A stretch of DNA of 63,962 nucleotides, filler included, from Choristocarpus tenellus KU-1152 (GCA_964200185.2; 11 parts of 11 records of this genome joined end to end with filler, not necessarily neighbours in it), one strand, 5' to 3'. Positions 28,201 to 41,209 are shown, counted from the whole stretch's first letter. Made by a program: numbers and translations. Notes: generated by a model from the letters alone, not told the origin.

Positions 28201-28438
28201 ATCTTAGGCAATGCTCGAGGTTAGGCAACGGGTACGCATTGCAACAAGAATGCTGAACAGCAAAGAACCGAAGTACAAGCTATCTCTTAATGGGGAGGTA
28301 ATGTAGGGAGTTCGCCTGCTGCTGACCTTGCACAAATGCAGCCATAGTCAAAAAAGTGAGCGACCATCGTGGAAATCTTCGTTCATTTCTTGGTCGTACT
28401 AAGAATGCTTCTGCCATCGCCAATGGCATTAGTAACAT
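22256..28438 (-). CDS. MRS2: MRS2/CorA-family magnesium transporter, complete 10-exon model (~402 aa), possibly plastid-targeted
   Basis: Exons 28438-28327, 28172-27982, 27727-27590, 27151-27071, 26066-25935, 25521-25417, 24641-24495, 23808-23751, 23112-23008 and 22395-22256 (1209 nt, all phases consistent). Motifs: LRDLRVADP..ILVRPGAIIVALANVRAII, IPFEQIALE, LLPLK, NDEDMSMMYLT, EVEMLFENY, IALDVQRNRILRFEL, two TM helices with the GVFGMNL (GMN) signature. The first two exons are the least certain. Confidence 0.9.
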
Positions 28439-28636
28439 GAGAAACGAAACGCAGCTTGTGCTGAACCCTGCAGATACATCAGATTAGCAACCAAACCTTG
28501 CCCGAAGTCACTTTGTGAGAGGGTTTTGTTGGTTCCCCTATTATGTTTGGAAAACATCAACTATACGATCCCGTATCGGTCTGTTCGCCTATTCAAACCT
28601 TTAGAAGTTGAATGTGCCACTACAATAGGAGAGACC
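28439..28636. promoter_or_regulatory. Probable bidirectional promoter between the MRS2 and BtuF-like genes
   Basis: Only 198 bp separate the two predicted, divergently oriented start codons. Inferred from position; no motif identified. Confidence 0.45.
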
Positions 28637-30364
28637 ATGTCCCAACAGGTTACAACACCACCGTGTTTGCATCTGGCAATGTCATCTTTACAAGCTCCTT
28701 CTCTTAGGGTGGTGTCGCTTCTCCCTTCTCTTACGGAGATTGTGTGTATGGTGAGCCTTGACCACCTGTTGAATTTTGTCAAGTGCAGCAATGGCAAGAC
28801 CTTCCGTTCGTCACATGTCTACAATACGTGGTGATAGGACTTGCCTTAGTCTAAACCCCGTGCATGCCTCTCCTCCAATTGATTGATATTTGCGTGATTC
28901 CCTGACAAGCAACATATTCATGTGACCACAACTTGATGTGACCACACCATTCCTGTTGACGGTACTTGTCAAGGTTGAGGAGTTGCAGAACTCTCTGGTG
29001 GGTGTAACACATGAGTGTGATTATCCGCCGGATGTCGTGAAGCGGTGCGAAAGGGTCACAACGTCGGAGATCAACCCCCACACTATGTCTCAGGTTTGTA
29101 TACCGATTTACCCTGTCTGACTGTACAACCAGCTAATGTCCATCGTATAGGTGACATGTATTACGTCGTATGTTTATTCAGTTCTCGATAGAGGACAGTA
29201 GTAGCAGATGCGGTTTAAGGTATAAGCAAAATATATGCGCTTTCTGCCCTGCATCCTTAGCTACCTGTGCACGAAGCGTTTCCATCGATGGCTGTACGGA
29301 GTCAGCAAAGCTTACCCGGCATGTAGAATGATCGAGGCTGACTGTTTACTCCAATGTTCGCACTTCCAGGAGGAAATAGATCGCCGAGTACGGGGGTCGC
29401 TTGCAATGGGCCACAGCCTGTACGGTCTAGACGAGACCAAGCTCGCAAAAGCAGACCCCACCATTGTCTTCACACAGGGTGAGGAGGTGTTACCAAGAAC
29501 TTGAGATGATATTCTTGATGAGAACGTATGTTGTTTCTTCTCATTTTGCCACACGATCGTAAGTGCAATTGTGGCAAGTTCTCTTTTGTCCCAAAAATCA
29601 TTTTGGTCTGGTTCCTTCATCTTCCTACCCTGCAAGCACGACTGCAGCACATACCTACTGCAGTCACCTACTATCCACCCTGTTCTGATTCCATACCACG
29701 CTTTTGCAACTGCCCATAAATTCAAGCACTGTGTGATGTTTGTGCCCCGGCGTACCCCATGGTGCTGGCCACCTGTGCAAAGATCCTTGGGGAGAACCCC
29801 AAGATCGTCAGCATTGAGCCAGGGGTGAGGCTGGTTGCAAAACATACGCGCACTATTTTCTTGTTCTCTCCTTTCCATATCCAGAATGATTTGAATTTTT
29901 TTGTAAGGTTGTGGTTTAGGGTTCTGGTGAAAAGTGGCTGGTTGTACTGAGTAACAGTAACCCACGAACTGGTAACGTGTGACTCATTATTGGGCTTCAG
30001 TAAAACTTCGTGCCAACTAGTTGATTCATGTAGGTCCAGTACATTGATGAAGTGATGTGGGGTATTGGACTGTAAACAGGACAAAAAAAATCTCCGTCAC
30101 TTATTGTGAGTTCAAGTCGATAGAACCCCTTCAGTATTAATGATCAAGGAGACATTATTGTGGCCAGAACCATACCCCCCTCTATATTTAAGCCTCTCAC
30201 TTTTCCTACTTGTGAGCAGACTCATACACATATCCACATATCCACACCACGCTTTGTCCTGGATTGGAGGATACCAGAGCCTGGCTGAAGTTGTGGACTC
30301 AGTACGACTGGTGGGGCGAGAGACAGGGTTGGCAGAACAGGGGGAGGCTGCAGCCCTTCGCCTG
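28637..30364 (+). CDS. BtuF/TroA-like (periplasmic-binding-protein type 2, cobalamin/Fe3+-siderophore) substrate-binding protein, 5' part, 5 exons
   Basis: Exons 28637-28750, 28974-29093, 29370-29478, 29727-29824 and 30278->30364, phase-consistent. Spliced product: LRVVSLLPSLTEIVCM-VEELQNSLVGVTHECDYPPDVV..VTTSEI..EIDRRVR..SLYGLDETKLAKADPTIVFTQALCDVCA..IVSIEPGSLAEVVDSVRLVG. This matches the bacterial 'cobalamin-binding protein' pattern RIVSLLPSATE/LVGVSHECDYP/TQxLCxVCA. Confidence 0.85.
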
Positions 30365-30639
30365 NNNNNNNNNNNNNNNNNNNNNNNNNNNNNNNNNNNN
30401 NNNNNNNNTTAATTAATTAANNNNNNNNNNNNNNNNNNNNNNNNNNNNNNNNNNNNNNNNNNNNGTACTTGGCTGGACCCCCCGCAAAAAAACAATGCGG
30501 GTTTGGTAGTTAGTTGCCCGGGTATGGCCGTATGTGGCGATACAGAAAAAAAAAACAAGATTTGCGGGCATCTTTTTTTGCACCATTTGCAGCTAGGTTG
30601 TGAGCACACACACGGGTGACCCACACAGCAACATGATGA

Positions 30640-31587
30640 ACCACGCCGGTGAGACAAGGAGAGCTGCCGAGGCTACTCTGCTATCCTCGGCACCTTCTCT
30701 GTCGAGAGGCGTCAGAAAAACAAGTACCGTGTGACACCCAGTGTAGTAACGTTAGGTAATGCGAAAGTGCGTGCACTGTGGTGCAGCAGCCTGATCAAAT
30801 CGCGCAATGGACCACACGGCCGCAACACTAACGCTGAGAGAAGATGCATGGAAAGCATTACCACACAAACCTGGTTGGATCTTCAAACGCTGCAGAGCAC
30901 TGCTCCGCAGTCTCTGCTGCCTCGGGAAAGCAGGAAGAGACCAGCAAGTCCATCACCAGGTGGTACAGTGATGAAGTCTGTGAGGAAGTCTGGTCATGGC
31001 GGGTGAAGGGAGAACCAGGGTGGCCAGTCGAAGGGAAGGTTCGGGAAGAGGGCAGTGCGACTGCATGACATTGCGCTCAGGAAACACCTAAGCGAAATAC
31101 CGGGTGTAGAATATCTTAGTAATCGACAGTTAGAGGAGGCCCTGGCTGTTCGGAAGCTATGCGAGCTGGAGTGGCTTAAGGAAACGAGAAATAAGGTGTT
31201 GGGGTTGGGGTACAAGGGCTCTGAAGCCCGAAAGAAGGTCGAAAGGGGTCGCAAGGCGGAGGAGAAAGCCTAATGCTCCCAAAGTATCATTGTGAACTCA
31301 ACCCCATTGAGCTCATGTGGGTTCGAGCAAAGCACTGGCTACGACAGCATTGTACCTGTTCTTTGGACGGACTCCGAAAAAACTTTCCTTTGAGCTTGAA
31401 ACAAGCTGAAGATAGGCAGGCCGTTTGGCTCGTGTAAAAGTACTCCAAGAAGGCGTACACACACCATCTTATCTACTTCAAGACGGCTGCTACAGGACCG
31501 GAAGCCGACAAGGAGTACAAGAAGTACAAGTCTCATAGGCACCCAGCACCTTCGGAATTCCTGGTGTCAGATGGAGACAAGAGTTAA
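30640..31587 (+). pseudogene. Degenerate IS630/Tc1/mariner-superfamily (DDE_3-type) transposase remnant
   Basis: 31273-31587 reads MLPKYHCELNPIELMWVRAKHWLRQHC..(internal stop)..EYKKYKSHRHP. LPKYHCELNPIE-x2-W and the KYKSHR tail are typical of Tc1-like eukaryotic transposases. The upstream frames are broken. Confidence 0.7.
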
Positions 31588-31978
31588 ATTTACACTTAGC
31601 ATTCATTCCGTGGGTTGTTTGTTTGGCTGGCGTTTTTTCCTGCCCAACCAAGTTGCTGTTGTGTTCTTCGAACTGTCGTCTTCAGCATGCGCATCACGCA
31701 TCGAGGAGAGGAGTTTTGGGTCTGCCAGGAAAACAAATCAAACTTGTTCATCTCACCACCCGCTGGTACTGTGGATGCACCCTGTGCTCCTTGTTGCAGC
31801 TTGTCACAACACGGTTCTGTCTTTTGTTCGACGTCCCACACGCTGTGTACATCACACGTACCAAAGCTGTATGGTTACAATAGTAAAATGTACTTAAACC
31901 AAGTAATAGCACACCAAGATATCCTGAAACGTTACATAGTGGTACAGGTGAACCGTTCATATACTTTAATCAAGTAAT

Positions 31979-32161
31979 AACCCAAAGTATCTTTGGGGGG
32001 GGGGGAGGTCTACACCAGAGTGTCCATTTGGACCAAAATCAGGAAAAGTGCACTTTCATTATCCATCCAACGTATGGAACCAAATCACCCAAAAATCGTG
32101 ACATGAAAAAATTGACCCCAAATAAATGGATAGCCGCCACCCCCTCCAGATACTTTGAGCC
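31979..32161. mobile_element. MITE family B
   Basis: ACCCAAAGTATCTTTGGGGG..GTCTACACCAG..AAAAGTGCACTT..CCAGATACTTTGAGCC. Confidence 0.8.
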
Positions 32162-33738
32162 AATAGTGCATCTGTTGCCACTCTTGGGGACCTACGATCC
32201 AGGGTTCGAAACTCAGTGTGAACGATTTTGTTTTTTAATAAAATAAATAAAAAAGAAGCCCCTACTCTGGAGGGCCTTGTGACGGGCATCACGAATATTC
32301 GTTTCGTTTTTTAACCCAATGCCTACATCAAAGGTTATGATGAACCAACCCCAGGGACACTAGGTACTTGTACCAGTATAGTAATTCATTAAGTTGGTGT
32401 ATAGGGTTGGGTGTTTGGGGAGATCAGGTTGATTGAAGGATTTGATGAGTTGATCAAGTGGAGGTATATCGCATTGCCAAGGTTGTGGTTGGTGCAGTCT
32501 TCATCCGCATCATAGCGCAGAATTTATGCGCCTCCCTTTTGCAACTTGAACACGAACATAATAGTTGGGCTTTTGAATGAGTCAAAGTAAGCACGAGGTA
32601 CCCAGGGTTGCATTTTAAGGATGCTGATAAGTACGTGCAAAATTCGCCATTTTTTACAAATGTGTATAGAACGATTTCCTCCAGTTTTCCAGCTATTATA
32701 GTAGGTAGCATCATAATGTCTGAGCTTCCACTTTCTATGTGTTGGTTGTTCTGCTTTGATCAAGTTAATCAGGTGGAGGTGACAAATACAATATGTTACC
32801 AGCAGCTGTAGTTGCCAGTAGGACTTATCTGAAGTAACGTTCAAGGAATGATGAAGTTACTGGAGGTTGCTTCTCTTGGCTTGCTAAGCAGTGATTGAAT
32901 GTCCTTCCTATGCAACACGCAAAAAAACGTTTGTGAAAAAAACAAGGATATCAACAACTTCATCATTTCTAGTATTATATTCCCTTGTTCCTGGGGCTGG
33001 GGCAGTTGTTGTTATGCAAAGATCAGAAAAATCGATGTGTAGGACAAATCGAGATCAAACTGAACAACAAAAATAAGACACATTACACCAATTGAAGGTA
33101 TGATAGTGGTCTCAACTACACTCCTTTGCATGGCATAATGGCAACAAAATGTATGAACAAGCATGATGCACTCTGTTACAAAGGTGTATCACACAGTAAC
33201 AGCATTCAATCTTTTCTTAATAGGTGCACGCACTCTTTGCCACCACAGACATCAACCCTCAGTCAGAGCTCTGCCCTACACATCCCATCTGTAATGACAG
33301 CACAAACCCTGCACTCCCACAACAGCCTCGTCTTCTGCTTCAGGTGAACACATGTGCCAGTCCTCACGCAGTACTTTCCTGTCGTGGAATACAACTGTGG
33401 ATAGGTAGATATTCAAGCTGCTACATAGGTCGTGTACAACAACTGGTTTATCAAACACACATGTATATCTTATAAGGGGCAACCAGATGCTTGCCAAACC
33501 TGAAGCAAGCGTGTGGTATCGCTTAGAGAGAAGAGGGTAAAACAAAACACAAATGAGGCTTATGTGGAAAGTTCTACTGCCCACATCTCTTGTTTCTCTA
33601 GCCAAGTCATCACCAGCTCTCTGAGGTGGTAAGTCCTGACAGTCTGTTTTGGTGTCTGACCTCTATTTGACACAGTAAGCAATAAACTCTGCCGTTTTTC
33701 CTGATCCTTCTATTTCTCACTGTAAAATGTCAAACTGG

Positions 33739-36700
33739 TTAGGTTTTCTCTTCACTTCTCTGTAGTTGCAGCTCAGATAGGAGTTGTCCTGATGTAGCAC
33801 AGAAGCTCTTGTTGATATGCATCACCTGTGGAAACAATGGCGGGGATAGAAGAGATAAGGAAGAAAGGGGCTGAGGGGATAGCAGTGAAACAGCCCAGAG
33901 GTCAGGCAGCAGAAATTTCAGGAACAGGTATCTGCAAAAGAGACTGTCTACCTCTACAACAGAATCCATCCAGGTGTCATGAAAAAACATGTAAGTAGTG
34001 TTTGAGTAATAGCAGCTGGTCAGGTCAAGAGGAACCACGGTATATATATTGGTTACGATCCCGACAACATCATCAGTGGTCACCTACCTCCTTGCTACCT
34101 CCAGGGTCAAAGTATCTGGGGGGGGNNNNNNNAGCAAAAAAAAAATGTTTGACCGAAACGGACGCCCCCTCACAAACCACCTCCCCCCCCCAGATACTTT
34201 GACCCCCATTGTTTTCACACAAATGAATCACTGCAAGGCAATCAGAAGAATCTAAAGTCCTTACAGCACGTTACTGTTTCTCCAATGCCTATGGTAAGTT
34301 TATCTGTGCATGTGTGTCTATCTATGCACACATGTATGTGAAGGAAGGAGGGTATGAGGCGAGGGTTTCAGACCTTGTGGATCAGAAGAGCATAGCTTGC
34401 TTCTGTGCCATCTATGTAAATTCCCTTGTTGGCAAGTTCTTCAACTGTTGAACGTTTAGAGAGTTGATGCTGCAGCAGACCGGACACCTAAGTTGAAGCG
34501 TTTGATGGGTGGACCAAGCATTGAATATAGTGTGTGGATATTGTTAGAGAGTGCAAATAGTACTGCAGGTAGTCCCTACAAATAGCACTGCACCTTATAG
34601 CACTCATTCTTCATTTTTAATAAATATATGTAGTAATTGCCACAATTGGTTCCAATGTTGAGCATGCGCCCAAGGATTCTGAATCCTGACACCAATCAAC
34701 ATGAAGTAAGCACCTCAAACCTAGTATCGAGGTGTTAGGGAACTCCCAAAGTACAACTCCAAACCCATTATTTGTCGGAAGAATATATCGAATATAAACC
34801 CCTGATAACGGAGTTACTCAAGGCATCACACTGTCCTTATGTAAGAAGCAGTCAATCTGTCTTCCTTGTAAAACGCAGCTGGCTATTTATAATTCCACAT
34901 ACTCAAGTCCATCGCCCAATATCAAATCCCCCCCCACTCTACCACTCACTACTGTATCACACCCCTGCACGTTCTACTTAACTACAGCCCCCTCACCTGA
35001 CGGATAGATAGACGGTAACTAAATGAGTAATGTACAGTTCAACCTATAATATACCCATATCTCCCTCAAACCCCTAGGTGAACTCACCTCCTCACGTAGG
35101 TCAGCTCCAAGACATCCATTAAGGGACCCTCCGACCTGCTCCTCGCTTGTTTCAATGCCTCTCTCCTGAAGTTTCTCGAGGGCAGATCGAGCGAGGAGCT
35201 GTTGCTTGAGGTGGATGGAGATCAGGTTACGCTCAAGAAGGGTGGCTGCTGGAGATATACCTTCCTTTATGACGCTTTTTCCAGGTTGGCACCGAAATCG
35301 CGATAGGATGGAGAAGCCCAATGAAAACATGGAACAGAAAACCCCCCAACAAAATGCGGGAGATAAAAAGGGAATCATTGAGTCGTACGTAGTCCCCCGG
35401 GACAAGTTTGGGGGATGTGAAAGAACACTCTTGAAGAACAACTTTCAAAGGGTTAATGTTTCAACACCTCTACCCTGGGGCAAAGAGGTGTGAGCTACCC
35501 AAGCATATAAATACTTGCAGAAGTCACAAGTGACAAGAAGCGAAATAAAGGGGGTTGGTACCAGTGGTAACATTGATTATGAAGTTCTACAGAGTATTAT
35601 TATAGCTGTTACTCTTTCTGTAAGGCAGAGAGAAATGGGTCACTATTCCCACCATCCCAAGTCTCCTGGACAAGGCAAACTCAACCATTTCCTCTAAACA
35701 AGGCAAGGCTAAAGCTTCGAAGTAAAAACACTAACTGGTGCGCCATCACAATACCAATGCCCTGCCCAGCCTTACACCGCCGCTCATGATTATGATTGGC
35801 AACACACCGGGCCTCCTTCAGCTTGTTGTAGTCTGACCTCTGTGTCAGTTTCGTGACTAGCCGTGCTTTGAGGGACTCCTTGGCCTTTCAACCCCCCCAG
35901 GATGAAATTGTGCAAGATCAAGGGGAAGAAGTAACAAGAGAAGAGAGGTGTGCACTAGAGATGTTGGGGATATGTTGTGAGCTGAAATCATCAGGTAATG
36001 TGATATTCAGCGCCCATCAATAAACTAATTGCTTCAAAGGTGTGAAGATCATGCTTCAAACAATGCACCAAAAGAGAAGCAGATGGTGTGTCCAGCTCCT
36101 GGGCTGGCAGCTCAACAAATTCATCCTGGGTCCATTCCAGTCACCAGCGAGTGCACAATATTAGTAACTTACTGATGAGATCCCTGTCATCGTTCTAGTG
36201 CACCTTGAACATGACTGCTCTCCAGGAATTTGTTCTCAACATCGCAGATGGTGTGTCCAGTATATGAAACATAATGATCAATTTGACTCAACAAACTACC
36301 ACTTCCCCACCACCTGCACTTTGTGTTTTGTTTATGTCCTCTAGGTACTTGTTAGTAAGGTCGTTCCCATGTGCTCAAGTGTTTGCATCTGTGTATGAGT
36401 GCTATCAGGCCGAGGGTTTTCACCTTTGCCTTCGCCTCCACAGCATCAGCTCTGACTTGAAAAAGCCGTTTATTGTGTGCAACCATGGATCGCTCCTCAC
36501 ACTCATGGCAAAATGTCTGCCAATGAGAGCAATGGATGGAAATTGTTGGAGATTAGACTCCTGCAAACACCATCGTGAGATAAGTGAAACATATGAAAGT
36601 AAAAATTGTACTCCCTTCAACGTACAAATAGTAAGGACCGGTGCAGCCTTTCATACACGCTTCACTTACAAATAGTAAGGGTCAGTGACTCGGGGCATTG

Positions 36701-39700
36701 ATCTTGGACAGGGAAATACAAAGGATCGTACTGGCATATGTTTTGGACACAAGAACACACCAGACAACGGAGCAACCTAAGTAAGAACAGAAAATCCACC
36801 ACTACTCCTACAAGAACAGATATATTTCCAAGGGCGATGCCATCTTTGGTGACTTTGACAAAACTTGATATAGAGAGGTGAACTTCCCATGGATGACGCA
36901 ATGTGTAGAGCGGCCTCAGCAAGGCAAGGAACAAAAATACGTTGCAAGTGTGTTTTACGTATCCGTGATAACCATAATACTACATGAATACCAAGATTGC
37001 TTCGCTAAACAACACTTCTTAGCTCAAAGTGTCACCTTTCCCTAGCACGTATGTGGACTAAATCTGGAGAGGAGGAACTTGGTTCCAGTTGTGACATGTA
37101 TCTCCCTCCACCAAGTCCTTTGCTCTACCCACCATGACCCTCACCATTACAAACACTTGGAGCATAGTGAACAAATCTCAGCTTCCACATTTCCCCCCCC
37201 AATCCCTGATAGCATGCCCCTCTTAGCAGTCATATTTCACACCTTGAATGTGTTGACATCCCCCTGCTCACTGCCAGCTTCAGCCATCCAAAGTTCTGCC
37301 AGTGTGTCTTGATCCAGGGAAGCAGAAAGAGCCCAGCGCTTCACAAGTCGGTAAGTGCACGCCTTCTCAAACAATATGCTAAAGGTGGGGAGCGTGCAGG
37401 TGCAGTAACAAGTGAAAGTTATTCTCATGTTCATGCTATGGGTCTGTAATGCTCAGGTTCCTTGCCTTGTTCTACTGATCTACTGCACTTTGAAGAGAAG
37501 AACTATGGCAGAGCAATTCTTAGGTAGAGCATTCCGGCTCATTGTGCTTCACATGCAAGCTCAGCAACAAGTGCGAGTTTTGAGATGGTAGGCTGGTTAC
37601 GTTAGCTGCTCAATTTGTATCAACAATCTTGAGGTATTGTTGGAGTATCAGTGTTCAGGCTATTGGCGATTAAGGAAAGAGGACATTGAATGGATTAACA
37701 TACATCAGGGTCAGGACTGCAATACATGGGCAAGTTAGCTTGGCACCAGTAACAGCAAACAAATACCTCAACGATTTGTGTTTCTCTTAGGCACAGAAGT
37801 GCCTTTCCATCCTATCCTTGCCAACAACGCATAAAATGCCTATCCCAATCTTCATGTTTACAATGGAGCAAAACGACACAATAAAGTGGTATTTTACTTG
37901 TACCTTGGTTGGTCAACAAGAGTGTAGCACCCAGCTCCTTACAGCAGGATACCTCCAGAGTAACCAAGATGTTGACATCTCAATTCACCTCTTAAATGTA
38001 CCCTGTTCATTCTCGCATTCCCCCCCCTCCCCACAAATAGTTTAGCATGAAAACCCTCTCAAATTCACACCCTTCAATCCTCCAATCCTCCTTATGACAT
38101 GGATGCCCCTACTCCACACCTGCTCTCTCCATGTGCCAGTCGTGAAAAGTCCCACTCCAGCTCGGCATCGTCTACCTGTGTGTGCAGGAGGGGGGGGGTA
38201 TATGGGTATCATTTGAAGGAAGGGAGAAGGCAAATGCAAGATGTGAGAGATAGAAGAAGTGAGAGGAGGCGACTTAGGTTTCCCTCGAAGGGTGTGGAGC
38301 TGGCATTGGAGAGGCAATTGATAGAGGGTGTTGAAAGGGAGTATGGTGTAGAGAGTGAGCTGTGTGGAAAGGCTGCAGGGAGCGAGAGATGGGAGTTGGG
38401 GAATAGAAATGTTTGGGTCCCTAAGAGATGTCCTCGGTGATCTACACAGGAAAGGCTTCAGCAGGAGAGCTGCGGGAGCTATGCATGGTACAGAACAAAA
38501 AGAAAAACCTGCCTTCTTACGTACTGAGAGGAAGGAGTAGATTTGGATCTGTTCAACTTGCAAGGCCTTGATGGACTGAAATGCTACACCCACTTCTTAG
38601 TCCCCACAAAGCAAGGTCTTAGCAAAAGGCTCTTGAGGTACTATAGTGCTCTGCAGTAGAACACCAAAACTTTAGTTCAAACCCCATTCATAGAATTTCT
38701 TTGTCTACATGAATCAAGCACACAGCTTCCCTTTCAGCTCAATCACATACAAAGCATGCTACAGATTCCATACACTGGTGCAACACAATAGTGTACACTG
38801 TACCATGGTCAGGACATGCATGGTGCACCACTAACCTCCTCTCCCCGCCTTATACCCTATATATATTCATGTCTCCCCCCTTCCCCCCCTTCCCAAAGAG
38901 TGAGCCCACATCACCCTCTCCCAACACATTGCACAAGATGTCCCCGCACCTTGATGTGGAACTCTGGTTCAAGGTCACAAAGCTCCACCCACCGAAGGAA
39001 CTGACTGAAGTTGAGGAAGCCATCTCCGTCCTGATCGCATGCATTGAAGTACAAACAGGCATCATGCTCTGCCTTCTTCCCACCTGCAGATATATACTCC
39101 TGTGAAGGCATATGAGTACCAAGCACAGACAAGGGTTGATGCCACGACATAGACCAGGACCGGCCATGGCAGGGTTGGGGACAAGAAACGTTGACTATGG
39201 CTGGTGTGTGAGGGCTTATGCCCTTATGGTCATTCATATCTGGGCTTCACACCCAAGAGCTGGGCACTCCAGCTACACCAGGTTTGCAGGGGAGCAGGTG
39301 GTGAGGGGGCCAGAAAAGGGATCCATGAATACTTCTAGGTACATTATCCTCAGAATTTTGCAGGCGCTCTACAGCATGAAGCAGTGGATGCTTAGCCATG
39401 ATTTTCTCCTGTGTATTACAAGCCTATGATTAAATACTACATATCCACTATTCTAACCCTGTCCTTGACCCAGACCTGAACATCCGGCCAACTCTGCAGT
39501 GCCTCCAGAGAGACCAAACGCTGCTGCCCATGCCCTCTGACCAAGTCATCTTCAAATTCCCCTCCCTCCTTGCTGGACGTGTTGGCTCTGTGCATGACTC
39601 TCTCTTCAAACACCAGCGCCAACATGCTGGCCTCAAGGATACCAGGGTGCTCGTTTTTCGGCTGGGCTGGTTCAGGTCTTTCCCTCAAAAGATTGGTCAG

Positions 39701-40752
39701 CTGAAGGGAGGTAGATATGAGGTGAACCAAGTGTTATGAATAGGCAAGGATGGGGATGGAAGGAAGAGGCTGTAGTGTTGGGTAGTACAGTGATGGAGGT
39801 ATCACAACTTTGAAAAGAACCATTTCATTAGCCACAGCAACAAAATACAAAGGTCTGCAGTCTATAGCAAGATGCATTGGTCTAGCTGAGGTAAAAATTT
39901 ACTCAACAGCCGCGATGGGTTCTTTCTTGACGGTCTTGCTTAGGTCAGTTCCTCTTCCCTACTTCTCCCTGAACAAGCCCTTGCACCATATCTGGTCAGC
40001 CCACCTGGCTGGCAACCAGTGCGCGCTCGGCCTTGAGCTGTGCATGTTCCACATTCTTATAAATACCTCTCCGTCTGAGTGTAGACAGCTCTTCTCCAGA
40101 GAAATCTTCACACACTCCCCAGTTGAGTAGAGCCTTGGCCAAAAGCTTTTCATGGGATGACTGGTCACCATCCGCAGCCTTCAATTGACATCATTCATAG
40201 CTTTAGTCAAGGGTTGAGGGTTGGGCATGGGCTAGAAAGGGAAGGGAGTGAGTGCATGCATTTTATTGTGACATCCTGTTCATTGGTGTCCACATACAAT
40301 ATTGATGCAGATGGTGCAATTTTTGTACTGCACGGGAGTGGATGTACTCAAGTGAGAAATTACACCTCATAGGATGGTGGCATTGGGGAGTTTCATTTGG
40401 TATTCACCAAAGAGTAAAAGGGAAAGGGAGGGAGTGCCTCAGAGTACAACCTCTGCCCTACCTCCCCCCTTTTCTTAATCTAGCCATGGACATAAAGGTA
40501 CTTAAATAACAATACCTCACAGAGTTGCCATGCATGCTCTGTCTAGTCTCTCGATCGTCTGAAAAGGGTCCCACAAACCAAGCCACCTCTCAATAGGGGA
40601 TGAAATGGAGATAGTTAGGCACTTTGCATTTCACCCTTCACCTACACATCTACTCATGTATGTCACACCTGGAACAGTCTGCGTTCTTTGAGTTCTTCCA
40701 GTGTCTCCCGTTCCTCCAGGCCATGCTTCAGGTTGCGTGCAGCAAGGTATCT
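33739..40752 (-). CDS. Multi-exon protein with divergent RPEL-like repeats and an EF-hand (5' end off contig)
   Basis: Putative exons at 40752-40669, 40178-40005, 39661-39476, 39099-38950, ~37378-37243, 36560-36424, 36234-36204, 35884-35808, 35274-35136, 34487-34374 and 33825-33739. One junction between 38950 and 37378 is unresolved. EF-hand loop: DQDGDGFLNFSQF. RPEL-like units: LKHGLEERETLEELKERRLF, LVTKLTQRSDYNKLKEARVI, LKQQLLARSALEKLQERGI, LQHQLSKRSTVEELANKGIY. Confidence 0.6.
34104..34205. mobile_element. MITE family C (both TIRs visible around a small gap)
   Basis: GGGTCAAAGTATCTGGGGGGG..CCCCCCCAGATACTTTGACCC. The subterminal part is the reverse complement of 9112-9182. Confidence 0.75.
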
Positions 40753-41209
40753 CTGAAGATTCAAAGGCGCCACAATTTGGCAGGAAAGGGGGGAAGAGGG
40801 AAGTAAGGCTTTTTGTCATGACTGGTGTAGACATGATGCTACTCATCCATAGTTCAATNNNNNNNNNNNNNNNNNNNNNNNNNNNNNNNNNNNNNNNNNN
40901 NNTTAATTAATTAANNNNNNNNNNNNNNNNNNNNNNNNNNNNNNNNNNNNNNNNNNNNGCGACATGAAGAAAGTGATCCCAAACTGACAGCCGACACCCT
41001 CCCCCAGATACTTGAGCCATTCAATGGGAGTAATACTGATAGTCGAGCATATTGGAATGTTGTTCGAAGCAAGATATTTTTCCAATCCTTGTTGGACTGA
41101 AAGGAAGGGCCATACCCCCATCTGCGTAGAGAGAACAACCATATTTCATCCACTACGGCTCAGCTCACTTCAAATCATAATGGCATACCCCATATCTTTG
41201 CCCTGTAAG

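Noticed and set aside
28637-30364. Bacterial contamination as the source of the BtuF-like sequence
   Set aside because: The coding sequence is split by phase-consistent GT-AG introns and is contiguous with a spliced MRS2 gene.
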